Part shown: piece by piece, positions 21,812 to 32,307 of the stretch
How positions within the stretch are numbered: the first letter of the stretch is position 1
How the letters are laid out: each line of letters begins with the position of its first letter
DNA from: a virus
Lineage: Duplodnaviria > Caudoviricetes
IMG/VR virus record: IMGVR_UViG_3300010354_000112
Span: 1 to 56,019 of that record
Length of the DNA stretch: 56,019 nucleotides
Reading direction: 5' to 3' (one strand)
The notes under the pieces: model-generated
The model's input: only the letters and a program-made list of their open reading frames with translations
Database searches by the model: none
What the model was told of the DNA's origin: nothing
Translations under genes and position numbers: made by a program

Positions 21812-24453
21812 TTAATTTTCTTCCAAACACTATAAAAACTTTTTCGGATCGATCACAGCAAACAGTTGGCTCTTTGATAAAGAGCATTAAAGCTGATAAA
21901 GGGCAAGTAGCTGAATTAGTTAAAAACCTTTCTAATTTTAGTGCTGGCGCAGATTTTGCACCAGCGCTCTCCTCTTCTAGGTCTATAATCGAATCTGAAT
22001 TTTTTGTAGATATATTTAGAGATATCCAATTAAGATTTGATAGTTATTTTAGAGCTTCTAATGCGGTAAGCGTTTCTGTAAATTCTATGATAGATCTTAT
22101 GCTATCTCAAATAGCAAAAACAGAAAAAAATATAAATTACTTAGAAAACTATATAGAAAATTTTGAATTCATTTCTGGAAATGATGATTTATATAATTTT
22201 TCTTATATAGAAAATTTTGATAACTTTTTAAATTCTAATCAAAATGATTCAGAGCCGGTTCCTTATGTTGACAGAGGTGGATCAGAATTTGGAGAATTTG
22301 GCAATGGGTATATAGATCCTGTTGTATCTAAATTTAAAATAGGAAATGGAATAGAGTTTATAAATCCAATTGGTTACATTAAATCTGTTGATTATGAATC
22401 AAATTACCCTCAGTATATTTCATCAATAACAGATTATAAAGCTTTATTTAATGAAAAGCAGTCGAATGTTTGGAGTGTTTCTATCAAATCTCCAACTGTT
22501 CTAACATCTAATCCAGCTAACATATTGAGATATGTCGATTATGATTTCTCTTATTTGGTTGGAGCAAAAACTATAATTACTGTTGAATTTATAAAAGAAA
22601 TAGAAATGGACGTTATTAGATTTAATCCAAATGAGTTTAATGGCTTGCAGTTAATGCAGGTCGTAATTGAATCTTCTAATAATGTAGAAAAATCTTTTTC
22701 AATAAATTCAAATGTTCCAATTTCTGGTTATCAAATGAAAAAAATATTGTCAGCTCCAATTGAAGTTGAATCAGTTGTTGATATTAATTTTCCTTTAGAC
22801 AAAGTAAAAAAAGTAATATTTATATTTAATCAGTCAACCTATACCAAGACATCAAATACCGCTTCCCCAGATGAGATGGCATCACGTATAGTTAGTAAAA
22901 TAATAAATGAAATTAGACAGAAGAGAAAAGCCAATTATAGTTCTCTTCAAGATATTATTCTTGAATTTTTCAAAAAAGGCATATCTATTGATGAAGCTAA
23001 AAGAAATACATATTCCTATACCGATTATTATTCAAGTAAATATCCGCAAAGTCCTTCTGTATCAATGGGCGGATCTTCTTTAATCGGGCCAAAAATTGAT
23101 TCCGAATCAACTATAGACGAACACGATGAGCTAATGAAGCAAAATCAGTTAACTTCAATTGTTAAAAATATTGTTTCACAAGCTCTTGGAACTAGGTTTA
23201 ATTTGTTTAAAGATTCTTTGTATGTGAATAATAATTATACAAACTTTGGTGGAGGACTAGGTAAAATATCTGGTTCTGCTCACCGACTTTCAAAAAATTC
23301 ATCTCTAAATGCAGAAAGATTTTCTTTTGAAGAAACAGAAAAAATACCAGGATCATCTTTTTCTAGATCTCCAATTCTGACACAAAATCTTAACGCCACT
23401 TCATCAACATATGATTATTCTTTTTCAATTAAAAATATACAGTTTGGAAAAACTAATCAGATACAAAACTCGACTAATTCTTTTAGCTCCGGCAAAGCTT
23501 GTTTCATAAGCTCTAAGATACCAGTCTTGGGAGAACCATTAGCTATAAAAGCAAAGCTAAATCTCGAGAAGAGCGAACAATATAAAAACTTACCAAAGTT
23601 TGATTTAGATCAGGCAAATTCGTATGAGCTTTCAATATCTATAAAAGATCAGCCAAAATCAGAATCAGATTGGATTCCGATAATTTCTTACAATAGTTCA
23701 AAAATAGATTCAGAAATGTTGTTCGTAGATCCTATTACCAAAATAGCGATTTTGCGTTTCTATCCAAAAGAAACATCATTATCAGTTTATAGAAATCAAA
23801 ATAAAATTTCAGATAATGAATATGTTTTAAATAAATTTGAAAAATCTATAACTATAAAAAACTACGATCAAAAAAGCATCTATATAGTTAGTTACACGGC
23901 TGATGATATAAATTATTCACAAAACTTTATCGATATAAGCACACTAAAAACAGACACCTATTCAAATTCAGCTTTTTCAAATGATATTAATGGAGAATAC
24001 TTTGAAAGAACTGGTTCTAATAACTCTGTAAAACTCTCACAAAGTCCGTATATAGACAATAACAAGTTAAAAAATGCTACGTATAGCAATACCCTAGGTA
24101 CTATAAATTCTGTAGATTACATAGGATATAGTCCTGTTTCGGTAAAGTTAGCAAATGGATCTACTGCTATTAATTTAACAAATTATGTTTTAGGCAGGGT
24201 TGATAGAGCTGAATTCTATTCAACATCAGAATTTTTATTTTATCAAAATGGTAGACATATTGTTTTCAATAGAGCAGTAAATGAACCATTTACTATATCT
24301 TATAATTATTTGAATAGTTATATTAGATTTAGATTAATAGTTAGAAATAACTTTAATAGTTATTTTTCCACTGGCTCGGTAGATAGCGTTATTCTAAAAC
24401 TTAAAACAAAAAACTCAGATAACTTTTCAAGCAAACTTCTTAGACTAGGTTAA
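21808..24453 (+). CDS. Putative virion structural protein
   Basis: 881 aa; ATGA coupling to the upstream gene; helical N-terminus and beta-rich body, similar layout to the next two genes. Confidence 0.55.
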   Translation: MINFLPNTIKTFSDRSQQTVGSLIKSIKADKGQVAELVKNLSNFSAGADFAPALSSSRSIIESEFFVDIFRDIQLRFDSYFRASNAVSVSVNSMIDLMLSQIAKTEKNINYLENYIENFEFISGNDDLYNFSYIENFDNFLNSNQNDSEPVPYVDRGGSEFGEFGNGYIDPVVSKFKIGNGIEFINPIGYIKSVDYESNYPQYISSITDYKALFNEKQSNVWSVSIKSPTVLTSNPANILRYVDYDFSYLVGAKTIITVEFIKEIEMDVIRFNPNEFNGLQLMQVVIESSNNVEKSFSINSNVPISGYQMKKILSAPIEVESVVDINFPLDKVKKVIFIFNQSTYTKTSNTASPDEMASRIVSKIINEIRQKRKANYSSLQDIILEFFKKGISIDEAKRNTYSYTDYYSSKYPQSPSVSMGGSSLIGPKIDSESTIDEHDELMKQNQLTSIVKNIVSQALGTRFNLFKDSLYVNNNYTNFGGGLGKISGSAHRLSKNSSLNAERFSFEETEKIPGSSFSRSPILTQNLNATSSTYDYSFSIKNIQFGKTNQIQNSTNSFSSGKACFISSKIPVLGEPLAIKAKLNLEKSEQYKNLPKFDLDQANSYELSISIKDQPKSESDWIPIISYNSSKIDSEMLFVDPITKIAILRFYPKETSLSVYRNQNKISDNEYVLNKFEKSITIKNYDQKSIYIVSYTADDINYSQNFIDISTLKTDTYSNSAFSNDINGEYFERTGSNNSVKLSQSPYIDNNKLKNATYSNTLGTINSVDYIGYSPVSVKLANGSTAINLTNYVLGRVDRAEFYSTSEFLFYQNGRHIVFNRAVNEPFTISYNYLNSYIRFRLIVRNNFNSYFSTGSVDSVILKLKTKNSDNFSSKLLRLG

Positions 24454-24457
24454 ACAT

Positions 24458-26614
24458 ATGGCTCAGCTTTCAACAAACACTGTTTTTTATGATCAGATGA
24501 TCAAAAGAATTCAGTCATTTATATCTAAATACAAGAATAATGACATGGCTTCTTACGATGAAATGGCTAAAGAATTTGAGTCTATAGTTTCAGATACGAA
24601 TAAATTTTCTTTAGAACCAATATCTAAATATAATCAAGTAACAAAAGGTGAACCACCGTCATCTAAAAAATTTAACGAATTTATAAAAAACGTTGCAGAC
24701 GATTTAAATATAATTGCAAAACAATTAGACTACCAAAGTGCTCAGCTAGTTTCTCTATATAATTTATTTAATTCTGAAATAGAAAAAGAAAATCAATTTG
24801 CAAATAGAATTAAATCTAAAGTAAGAATTCTTCAAACTTATTCGGAAGCACCAGCTGAAGATTTGTATTATTTTGGAGATTCATTTGACAATATGGATTA
24901 TGTTGATTTAGAAAAAACGCCCAAAAACACGATAGCTTTAATTAAAGACGGATCTGCTTCTCTTCCTGTTTCTTCTACCAGCACTTGGGACATAAGAAGT
25001 GTGGCTATAATAGGCGATTATTCTAATGGCTTTATAGGAAATAACCATCAAGTATACTTTGCTGATAACGTAAATTCTAATTATCGTTATTCTTTTGAAG
25101 ATAATAACTTTGTTGGTTTAATTCAAAATATAACGGATGGCAATCCAATAACATATTTTGAATATGAAGGAATATATGTAGACCCAGTTGAAAAAAGAAA
25201 AAATAACGCTAAAGATTTTGAATTCTTGTATTCACAAGAAACTATAGTTGATGGTTCTAAAAAAGTAGTATATAAAGATTGGTCATCAAAAAAGACAAAT
25301 GAACCACTTAAACTTGGTATAAGTATAAAATCAGAGAAGGCAAAAAAGACAAATTCTGTTTTAATAGTTCCATACTTTGGTTCTCCCAATAACCCATACG
25401 GAGAACTAAAGGTATCCAGTATTACTGCAGTGCTTGAGCCAAGCAAAAAGATAGTAGAACTTTTACCTCAACCTATATATATAGGCTCTAGTTTTGTTCC
25501 AAAGTCCCTTGAGTCTAGCCAAAGTTTTTTTTACAACAAAGCAAGAGTTCAGTTTAATGAAATTTTTACTTCAGAAATAAATATATATTTTGAACAAAAC
25601 TCTTCATCTGATATAAAAATTCAACACTTATATTGGAAACCGTTTGGTAATTCTGTTAATTTTAGCGCCTTAGACACTCAGTCCAGGTTTGATCCTTCTA
25701 GTTTGGCTTCTTTAGGTTTTCAAAATGTTCAATATGATTTATCAGAACTGGTACCACCAATTACTAGGCCAAATTCTTATAAAGATGAATCTAGCTTTAA
25801 TACTAAACGTGTATCAGTAAGCTATACAGACAACTTAAATGCAGACAGATATATTGTTTCTTTTAAAAGAATCAATGCAGACGCTAGTTCTAGTGTTTCA
25901 AAATATTATTATACTAATTTTCCAATTGGTTTTGAATCGCTCTTGGTTCAGCAACAGAAATCGGCTACCACAGATATAAATTTGGCTTTTGGATTTGAGT
26001 CAAAAGTAGCAGCAGAAAATGCTAAGCAATACATAGAATCAAAAATATCATCTACAGAGTGGTCTTCTTTAAATTATCAAGAAATTTCTATTGAATTAGT
26101 TAAAGAAAAATTAAACCCAAAAACAGTAACAGCTCAAATCTCTTTGAAAAAGAATTATGAAATTTATCAAGCTAAAAAACACACCATTGCCCTAAGGTCA
26201 GTAGAGGTAAGTCATGATTCTTTTGTACAGAAAGCAGAAATAGTATCTAAACCTTTTGTTTTTGGTTTTAATGTTAAGAATTTAACTATTTCTTCTGCGA
26301 CTTCTTTCAGCTCTTCTCTTAGCAATTCAAATGAATCTTACATAAAATACTATGTATCATTAGATGACGCAAAAAACTGGATACCTATTTCTCCAATAGA
26401 AAATCCTTTTGTTGGAATAAATGAGATTCTTTCTTTTAACGAAAATGTTCTGCAACTTGCAGAAATAAAGGGTGTTGGGTACTTTAATTATCCAGAAATA
26501 CCTAAAGACACTACGAAAATTAGGGTAAAAATTGAAATACAAAAACCAAGATATGAAAATGTTACTCCAATTATTTACTCATATCAAATAGCTGGAAGAG
26601 TGGAACAATCATGA
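24458..26614 (+). CDS. Putative virion structural protein
   Basis: 718 aa; GEPPSSKKFN N-terminal motif; C-terminal IKYYVSLDDAKNWIPISP...IRVKIEI. Confidence 0.55.
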   Translation: MAQLSTNTVFYDQMIKRIQSFISKYKNNDMASYDEMAKEFESIVSDTNKFSLEPISKYNQVTKGEPPSSKKFNEFIKNVADDLNIIAKQLDYQSAQLVSLYNLFNSEIEKENQFANRIKSKVRILQTYSEAPAEDLYYFGDSFDNMDYVDLEKTPKNTIALIKDGSASLPVSSTSTWDIRSVAIIGDYSNGFIGNNHQVYFADNVNSNYRYSFEDNNFVGLIQNITDGNPITYFEYEGIYVDPVEKRKNNAKDFEFLYSQETIVDGSKKVVYKDWSSKKTNEPLKLGISIKSEKAKKTNSVLIVPYFGSPNNPYGELKVSSITAVLEPSKKIVELLPQPIYIGSSFVPKSLESSQSFFYNKARVQFNEIFTSEINIYFEQNSSSDIKIQHLYWKPFGNSVNFSALDTQSRFDPSSLASLGFQNVQYDLSELVPPITRPNSYKDESSFNTKRVSVSYTDNLNADRYIVSFKRINADASSSVSKYYYTNFPIGFESLLVQQQKSATTDINLAFGFESKVAAENAKQYIESKISSTEWSSLNYQEISIELVKEKLNPKTVTAQISLKKNYEIYQAKKHTIALRSVEVSHDSFVQKAEIVSKPFVFGFNVKNLTISSATSFSSSLSNSNESYIKYYVSLDDAKNWIPISPIENPFVGINEILSFNENVLQLAEIKGVGYFNYPEIPKDTTKIRVKIEIQKPRYENVTPIIYSYQIAGRVEQS

Positions 26615-28833
26615 CGATAAGTAATATACAAAAAGAAAAATTTTTAAATACCCTATATAAAAATTTGTACTCATCTGGAAATAAACCAAACGAAAATGAA
26701 ATACTAAAATTTTTTTCTGATTATTTTTCTGAGTATACTCCAGGATTACCTCTTCCTATAAATTCTCAAATATTTAGGCAGTTGGCTTATGGTGATGTGG
26801 ATATTTTTAATCAAAAAATGCTATATACTATTTTTAACGTTGAAACATTGTACGACTCAATTTTTGAAAACGCTGAAGATTTACTTCAGGTAGCAACCGC
26901 TTTAAATAAAAGGTTAGAAACATTAAAAGCTAAAAGAATAAAGTTAGAACAAAAAGTTGACGATTTGCTTTTTGCTAATCAAAACTCAGATGGATATTAT
27001 TCAGTATACTCAGATAATTTTTCTACAATATCTAAAACAGATTTGCGTACAACAGATGCATTTGTCGATACTACTTTTGGAAAAGTTTCTCTTCCAATTC
27101 TGAGGTCATCAATTTTTGATGCCATTTCGGCTAGATCAGTTATTTCAAGCGCTCCTACTTATTCTTTAGGTTTTAATCAAACGCAAATAGAAACAGCTAA
27201 ACAATTTTCGGACGACTCTTTTTTTGGATCTGTTTTTGACGGATTGGAAAATACAGAATGGCAAAATATATTTTACTTTGATTCTATAGGACTGGTTACA
27301 CTGGCTATAAACATGCCTATAGCAAACAATGTTTTGGTCTCAAAAATAGAAGGAAAAATTAACACAATATCACCAACCGATATATATGCCAAAGTAGAAT
27401 ATGCTAATGGCAGGGTTGAAGTTCTTTCTAAAAAATCAACTAAAGATTTTGATAGATTTTCTTTTAGTTTTGAGCCCGGTAATCTTGGTTCAATTGAATT
27501 GTTTTTAGTAAAGTCCGAGCCAGATATTGTCGAGCCAGCCAGGGTAAACAAGTATGGCTATAGATATGGAATAAGAGACATAATACTTAGCGCTGAGTAT
27601 TATGATAAAAGCGCATCATATGTCTCTAATCCGATCACTTTAAACTCAAACGATAACAGTAGACTAGTCATTGATGCAGTTTCCATAGAGGTTGGAGAGA
27701 ATAAACCTACTGGATCTTCAATATCTTATTTTGTAGCAAGGGATAATCCTTCAGCAGAATTTATATCAGATTTTTCTTGGATACCAATTTCTCCATCTTT
27801 AGATCAGCAAAATTCTTATTCATCTGTAGTAAGTTTTGATGGATCTACCCTTTACTCAAAGAAGATAGTTGAAAACATCACAAATGAATCTAATCAAATC
27901 AAAAAAATTCCTCTTGCTTCTTCAACGGACGCAAAAACAATAAATCAACAAAATCCAATAGTAGACCTATATGGTAATCAATCTATTTACAGAATAGGTG
28001 TTATACCCAAGTTGGAAGATCCAATGAGTTCATACATCTTGGATGGAACTAATATGATTAATGGTTATTTTATTAATTATCAAAATAGTATTTTTAATGA
28101 AATTGAACCGCTTAGCACCTGGTCTTCTATAATGTCTGGTAAATCTAGCATTAAACAGATTTTCACAATACCAACATATGAGATATCAAATAATTCTTTG
28201 TTTTTTTCTGGGCCAAACCTTTCAGGCATAAGCGTTTTGCTAGAAACTAGAATTTACTGTCCTAATGATATTTCTGTAAAGCATCTATTTTTAAAAAATG
28301 ATTTAGTCTCTAAGGAATGGGACGTTGCAATATATTTAAACGGAAGAGTATCAGTAATAAGAGCTGGAGTTTCTTCTGAAATGATAGATTGGAATTTTAA
28401 AACTGGACAAAATACATTAAAAATAGCTATTGATATACCATCAAGCAGCAACGGATCAATATCATTAATGGATTCTAAATCCATATTAGATTACGGTTTA
28501 GTTTATAATCAATATTATAGCTATGTTGATCCAATGGAATTTAAATTCAATAGATCTAAATTTGATAAAGTATTTACAATAGATAATTACTTTGGCAATT
28601 CGGAGATATTTAGTAGGGATAATATTAGAAATAACTCAAGAATATTTTATTATTCAGCCAATGAATTAGCTACCGATGCCATAAGATTTAGGGCAGATTT
28701 TGCTCGTGGGTCAAACCCCCTATCTTCTCCTTCTCTCGATTATTTTAAAGTTAAATTTAAAAACAACTATAAAGCCACCAACGCTTCATTGGACTTAATA
28801 TCCGAGAACAATTCGTCCACATCATCTCTCTAA
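26611..28833 (+). CDS. Putative virion structural protein
   Basis: 740 aa; shares ISYFV...WIPISP and IRFRADF...SPSLDYF motifs with its neighbours. Confidence 0.55.
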   Translation: MTISNIQKEKFLNTLYKNLYSSGNKPNENEILKFFSDYFSEYTPGLPLPINSQIFRQLAYGDVDIFNQKMLYTIFNVETLYDSIFENAEDLLQVATALNKRLETLKAKRIKLEQKVDDLLFANQNSDGYYSVYSDNFSTISKTDLRTTDAFVDTTFGKVSLPILRSSIFDAISARSVISSAPTYSLGFNQTQIETAKQFSDDSFFGSVFDGLENTEWQNIFYFDSIGLVTLAINMPIANNVLVSKIEGKINTISPTDIYAKVEYANGRVEVLSKKSTKDFDRFSFSFEPGNLGSIELFLVKSEPDIVEPARVNKYGYRYGIRDIILSAEYYDKSASYVSNPITLNSNDNSRLVIDAVSIEVGENKPTGSSISYFVARDNPSAEFISDFSWIPISPSLDQQNSYSSVVSFDGSTLYSKKIVENITNESNQIKKIPLASSTDAKTINQQNPIVDLYGNQSIYRIGVIPKLEDPMSSYILDGTNMINGYFINYQNSIFNEIEPLSTWSSIMSGKSSIKQIFTIPTYEISNNSLFFSGPNLSGISVLLETRIYCPNDISVKHLFLKNDLVSKEWDVAIYLNGRVSVIRAGVSSEMIDWNFKTGQNTLKIAIDIPSSSNGSISLMDSKSILDYGLVYNQYYSYVDPMEFKFNRSKFDKVFTIDNYFGNSEIFSRDNIRNNSRIFYYSANELATDAIRFRADFARGSNPLSSPSLDYFKVKFKNNYKATNASLDLISENNSSTSSL

Positions 28834-28860
28834 TGGCTACTATATACAAAAGGAGACCCC

Positions 28861-29256
28861 ATGCCCATAAGTTATAATTATGAAGGATTAGCCAAAAGAG
28901 TCAGAGAGCCTTTATCAAAAAAGGTGAGATCTTACTATAGGTCTCCAAGAAAAAGTTTTACTGAAAATTTGTTTAATCAAAAATTTGTTCTTGATACAAG
29001 AAGACTATATTCTGAATTTGAATTATTGAATACTAATATATTAAATAATATAAAAGTTTTTATTGGTCAAGAGAAAGATTCTACTCACACTTTAGGGTCA
29101 GACGGAAGATGGACATACGATATTTCCTCTGATGGTGTAGAATTTTTTGACTATACGAATAGTGTGACCTATGATAACTTTGAGATAATGGAAAATCTAG
29201 CTGCGCGTCTATCTAATTTAAATTTTAAAATTAATAGTCTTGAAAAGAACGTCTAA
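28861..29256 (+). CDS. Hypothetical (probably structural) protein
   Basis: AAGGAG RBS; 131 aa. Confidence 0.6.
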   Translation: MPISYNYEGLAKRVREPLSKKVRSYYRSPRKSFTENLFNQKFVLDTRRLYSEFELLNTNILNNIKVFIGQEKDSTHTLGSDGRWTYDISSDGVEFFDYTNSVTYDNFEIMENLAARLSNLNFKINSLEKNV

Positions 29257-29272
29257 GAAAAGTTGGAAAATT

Positions 29273-30535
29273 ATGTCTGATTATTTAAATACAGAAAACA
29301 AAACAATTCAAAAAAATGGTCCAGTAAATAGCTCTGATTTTAATTTAAGATCAGAACAAAATTATCAAGATTTAGTCAATCTTTATAATAGGTCTGGAAT
29401 ACTTGACCAAAGGCTTCACAACGCCTTTGAAAGAGTGCTAAAAGATCATATGTTTATTAGCAAGGCCATGTCTGACCTAGAAGATAGAGTCAAGGCTCTT
29501 GAATTCAATGAATCTTCTTTATATAAGAAACTATCAATTTATAGTTACTCTCAAATAGACGTTGCAAACTTTGTAGCAGAGCCAGACTTTGCTTTAAGTA
29601 GTACTGAGGCTCTAAGCTTTGATTACAATTACAATATTATTACCCTACCAAAAGTAGGTGGAGCTTCTTATTCTAAAATTAAATTTTTTAACACAGAAAA
29701 TGGTCAAGTTATACCCGATTTTTTGAGCGCAAAAGTTGAAAATAATTTTATTAGCGTAGATAACTCCAGTGCCTTAATTGAAACATCTCCTATCTGGCAT
29801 GCTATCTTGGATAAATCAGATAAATTTTGGAAGAGAACAATAGTAGCTGATTCCCCCTCACCTGCAGGGGCTCAAATGTATTTGTATTTATCTATACCAA
29901 ATGTTTATTCTGGTTCAGACACTTCTAACTTTATATCATTAAATCCATACCCATTGTTCGGGGTTGATATTTTATCCATTGAATATACCTCAAAAGATGT
30001 TCCAACTATGACGGATACGGATAATTGGATTCCTCTTAATTTTAATAGATTATATGATGGAGAAACAGACGCCATAGGAAAAGTTCCGCCAGGGGGCTGG
30101 ACTACCCTAGGTTCAGATGCCATGAATAATTGTGGGCCAGTAGGATTTTACTTTCCTCCAACTAAAATAACGGGAATTAGAATCAATATGAGGCAGCGTA
30201 ATTATTTTACGGAAAATGGTAAGTATATCTATACTTACGGTCTCTCTGATTTAGATATAAGATCTGAAAGATTTCTTGAAACTGGTAGAACATTTATAAA
30301 ATATGAATCTTCTGAGTTAATTTATACTATAGAAGAGGTAGTTCCTAAGATATACAATGTTCCAGAAGAGCTTATATCTACAGCTTTTAGCTACAGAATT
30401 ATATCTTACTCCGATGGCGTATACTATGTTGGTGATCCAAATGGGGCAAACACAGTTTGGATTGAGGTTACTTTAAATCAATTGTCAGATGGAACATCGC
30501 CAGTTTTATCAGATCTTATAGTAAAGTATAGCTAA
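29273..30535 (+). CDS. Putative virion structural protein
   Basis: ATG 29273 preferred over TTG 29240; GPVNSSDFN motif, coiled coil, beta-rich C-terminus. Confidence 0.55.
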   Translation: MSDYLNTENKTIQKNGPVNSSDFNLRSEQNYQDLVNLYNRSGILDQRLHNAFERVLKDHMFISKAMSDLEDRVKALEFNESSLYKKLSIYSYSQIDVANFVAEPDFALSSTEALSFDYNYNIITLPKVGGASYSKIKFFNTENGQVIPDFLSAKVENNFISVDNSSALIETSPIWHAILDKSDKFWKRTIVADSPSPAGAQMYLYLSIPNVYSGSDTSNFISLNPYPLFGVDILSIEYTSKDVPTMTDTDNWIPLNFNRLYDGETDAIGKVPPGGWTTLGSDAMNNCGPVGFYFPPTKITGIRINMRQRNYFTENGKYIYTYGLSDLDIRSERFLETGRTFIKYESSELIYTIEEVVPKIYNVPEELISTAFSYRIISYSDGVYYVGDPNGANTVWIEVTLNQLSDGTSPVLSDLIVKYS

Positions 30536-30544
30536 TTTTAATAG

Positions 30545-30572
30545 TTGATAAACAATAAAATCATTTTACTAT
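30545..30572 (+). promoter_or_regulatory. Putative promoter TTGATA-N16-TACTAT
   Basis: Intergenic, upstream of the TAAGGAG RBS and ATG 30606. Confidence 0.4.
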
Positions 30573-30605
30573 AAAGACAAATATATATTTTAAGGAGACT
30601 ATAAA

Positions 30606-31205
30606 ATGGCAACTTTTTATGTTGGCCCAAGACCAGTTCTTAAGGGTCGCAATACCCAGGACATGGTAAACGTATTTAAGGGGACATCTGGAACCTACTC
30701 ATACTACCCTCTATTTGCAAAGGGGCTTCTTGATGGTGCGCCAGATCAACACCATACTCCAGGTACTGGATATCATCCTGGAAACGTTTTCTTGTCACAG
30801 CTATTTAACGGAACAACACTCTATGAATCAACAATTCCTCTTTCTGGAGCCTTCGCTGATGGCGTAGGTTACGATGGGGCAAGATTCTCACCATTTACAA
30901 ACAGAAGCGTAACCAGCGCTAAGGCCTTTCCTTCTGGTTTCGGACATGCGGCAGATAGAGAAAATGATTACGCACTATACAGCAACTATATATTTGATGG
31001 TGTAGACTCAGCTAAAGCGTTTTCCGCCGGTTACGGACACGCTGAAAGAACAACTGATTACAGTCTTTATAACAATTACATATTTGACGGTGTAACCAGT
31101 GCTGAAGTCATGCCATCCGGATATGGTCAAGCAAATGAAGAAACAGAATATGGTCGTTCAAAAATAAACGAATGGAAGGGTGTACCTTCCATGAGAGTAC
31201 TCTAA
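30606..31205 (+). CDS. Hypothetical protein with three ~30-aa tandem repeats (probable virion protein)
   Basis: SAKAFPSGFGHA...YIFDGVD / SAKAFSAGYGHA...YIFDGVT / SAEVMPSGYGQA; strong RBS. Confidence 0.7.
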   Translation: MATFYVGPRPVLKGRNTQDMVNVFKGTSGTYSYYPLFAKGLLDGAPDQHHTPGTGYHPGNVFLSQLFNGTTLYESTIPLSGAFADGVGYDGARFSPFTNRSVTSAKAFPSGFGHAADRENDYALYSNYIFDGVDSAKAFSAGYGHAERTTDYSLYNNYIFDGVTSAEVMPSGYGQANEETEYGRSKINEWKGVPSMRVL

Positions 31206-31214
31206 AGGAGAAAA

Positions 31215-31418
31215 ATGTTTGATCAAAAATTAATCAAGGACGTAATTGAAAGAGCGGTTTGGACCGCAGTGCAGACTTTTGTTGCCGTGTATACAGTTGG
31301 TGGAGTTGAGGAAGCAAAAGCTGCAGCAGTTGCCGCAGCCTCTGCAGGCCTTAGCGTAATCAAGGGTTTTGCAGCTACAAAAATTGGAAGCAAGGACTCT
31401 GCAGCTACTCTTAAATAA
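31215..31418 (+). CDS. Holin, r1t-like
   Basis: KDVIERAVWTAVQTFVAV...AAASAGLSVIKG pattern; 67 aa; two hydrophobic segments. Confidence 0.75.
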   Translation: MFDQKLIKDVIERAVWTAVQTFVAVYTVGGVEEAKAAAVAAASAGLSVIKGFAATKIGSKDSAATLK

Positions 31419-31448
31419 CTGCTTGATAATACATAACGGTTCTATAGC

Positions 31449-31457
31449 TGATATAAT
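31449..31457 (+). promoter_or_regulatory. Extended -10 promoter TGaTATAAT
   Basis: Consensus TGnTATAAT in the intergenic region between the structural and replication modules. Confidence 0.6.
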
Positions 31458-31493
31458 AGCTGTACGGAAACCGACGCTCTAAAAGCGTAAGAT

Positions 31494-31533
31494 AGTTATC
31501 CCGCCCCTATAAAAAGGGCGGGATAACTCTTTT
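31494..31533 (+). terminator. Intrinsic terminator
   Basis: 13-bp stem AGTTATCCCGCCC / GGGCGGGATAACT, 9-nt loop, followed by CTTTT. Confidence 0.8.
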
Positions 31534-31591
31534 AAAGGGTTGACTATATATGTTTTACTGGTTTTGTGTAGATTTAAAGAGGATTATATAA

Positions 31592-32296
31592 ATGTTTCTA
31601 GATCAACTTAATACAGTTGTAAGAGATAAATCGCTGCCATTAGATGTCGCAGAAAAATACCTGAACCTATATATTGGTGACGCGGATTGGAAAACGCATA
31701 TTTCAAAACTGTGGACAAATTTTGAAAACAAAAATAGAAATTCAGATCAAAGTAAAGAAGATGTTAAAAGAGCAATAGCTTGTGCGGCATTGCTTCCAAC
31801 TATAGAAAAAACAAATATTCCAGATCCCGTTCATTTAATATTGTTTTGGTGTCCCACCTGGAATCAGTATAAAGAAAGAGATTGGTTTTCTTTATTGGTT
31901 GAAATAATTAAAAAAGATTTATATATCCAGAATAACCAAACTGAATTACTATCACTTGGCGTTATAGATCCAATAGATTATTCTCCTTTGACTAGACAGA
32001 GTTTTAATTGGCTCTATCTGCAAGCTGAACAAAGTGGAGATATAAACGAAGAAAATAAAAGCATAGTGACTAAAAAAATGCAAAATTTAGTCAGGATATA
32101 CGGGGGTGCAGTAGTATCAAATGTATTTCAAAACCACAAGCACATTATAGATAAGGTTTTTAATTGGAAGACGGGGTATTTCTTTGAAAGAGAAATATAC
32201 AACGTATATACTTTTGAACAAATAAAAAAGATTAAGAAAACAGAGATAGAAAAACTCAATCCTAAATACATAAAAAAGTTAATAGCAGCTAACTAG
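31592..32296 (+). CDS. Hypothetical protein
   Basis: GAGGA RBS; 234 aa; no recognised motif. Confidence 0.6.
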   Translation: MFLDQLNTVVRDKSLPLDVAEKYLNLYIGDADWKTHISKLWTNFENKNRNSDQSKEDVKRAIACAALLPTIEKTNIPDPVHLILFWCPTWNQYKERDWFSLLVEIIKKDLYIQNNQTELLSLGVIDPIDYSPLTRQSFNWLYLQAEQSGDINEENKSIVTKKMQNLVRIYGGAVVSNVFQNHKHIIDKVFNWKTGYFFEREIYNVYTFEQIKKIKKTEIEKLNPKYIKKLIAAN

Positions 32297-32307
32297 AGGA
32301 GAAATAA

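Noticed and set aside
29240-29272. Overlap of ORFs 28861..29256 and 29240..30535 as another frameshift
   Set aside because: No CGG or slippery site; ATG 29273 after the upstream stop explains it as two genes.
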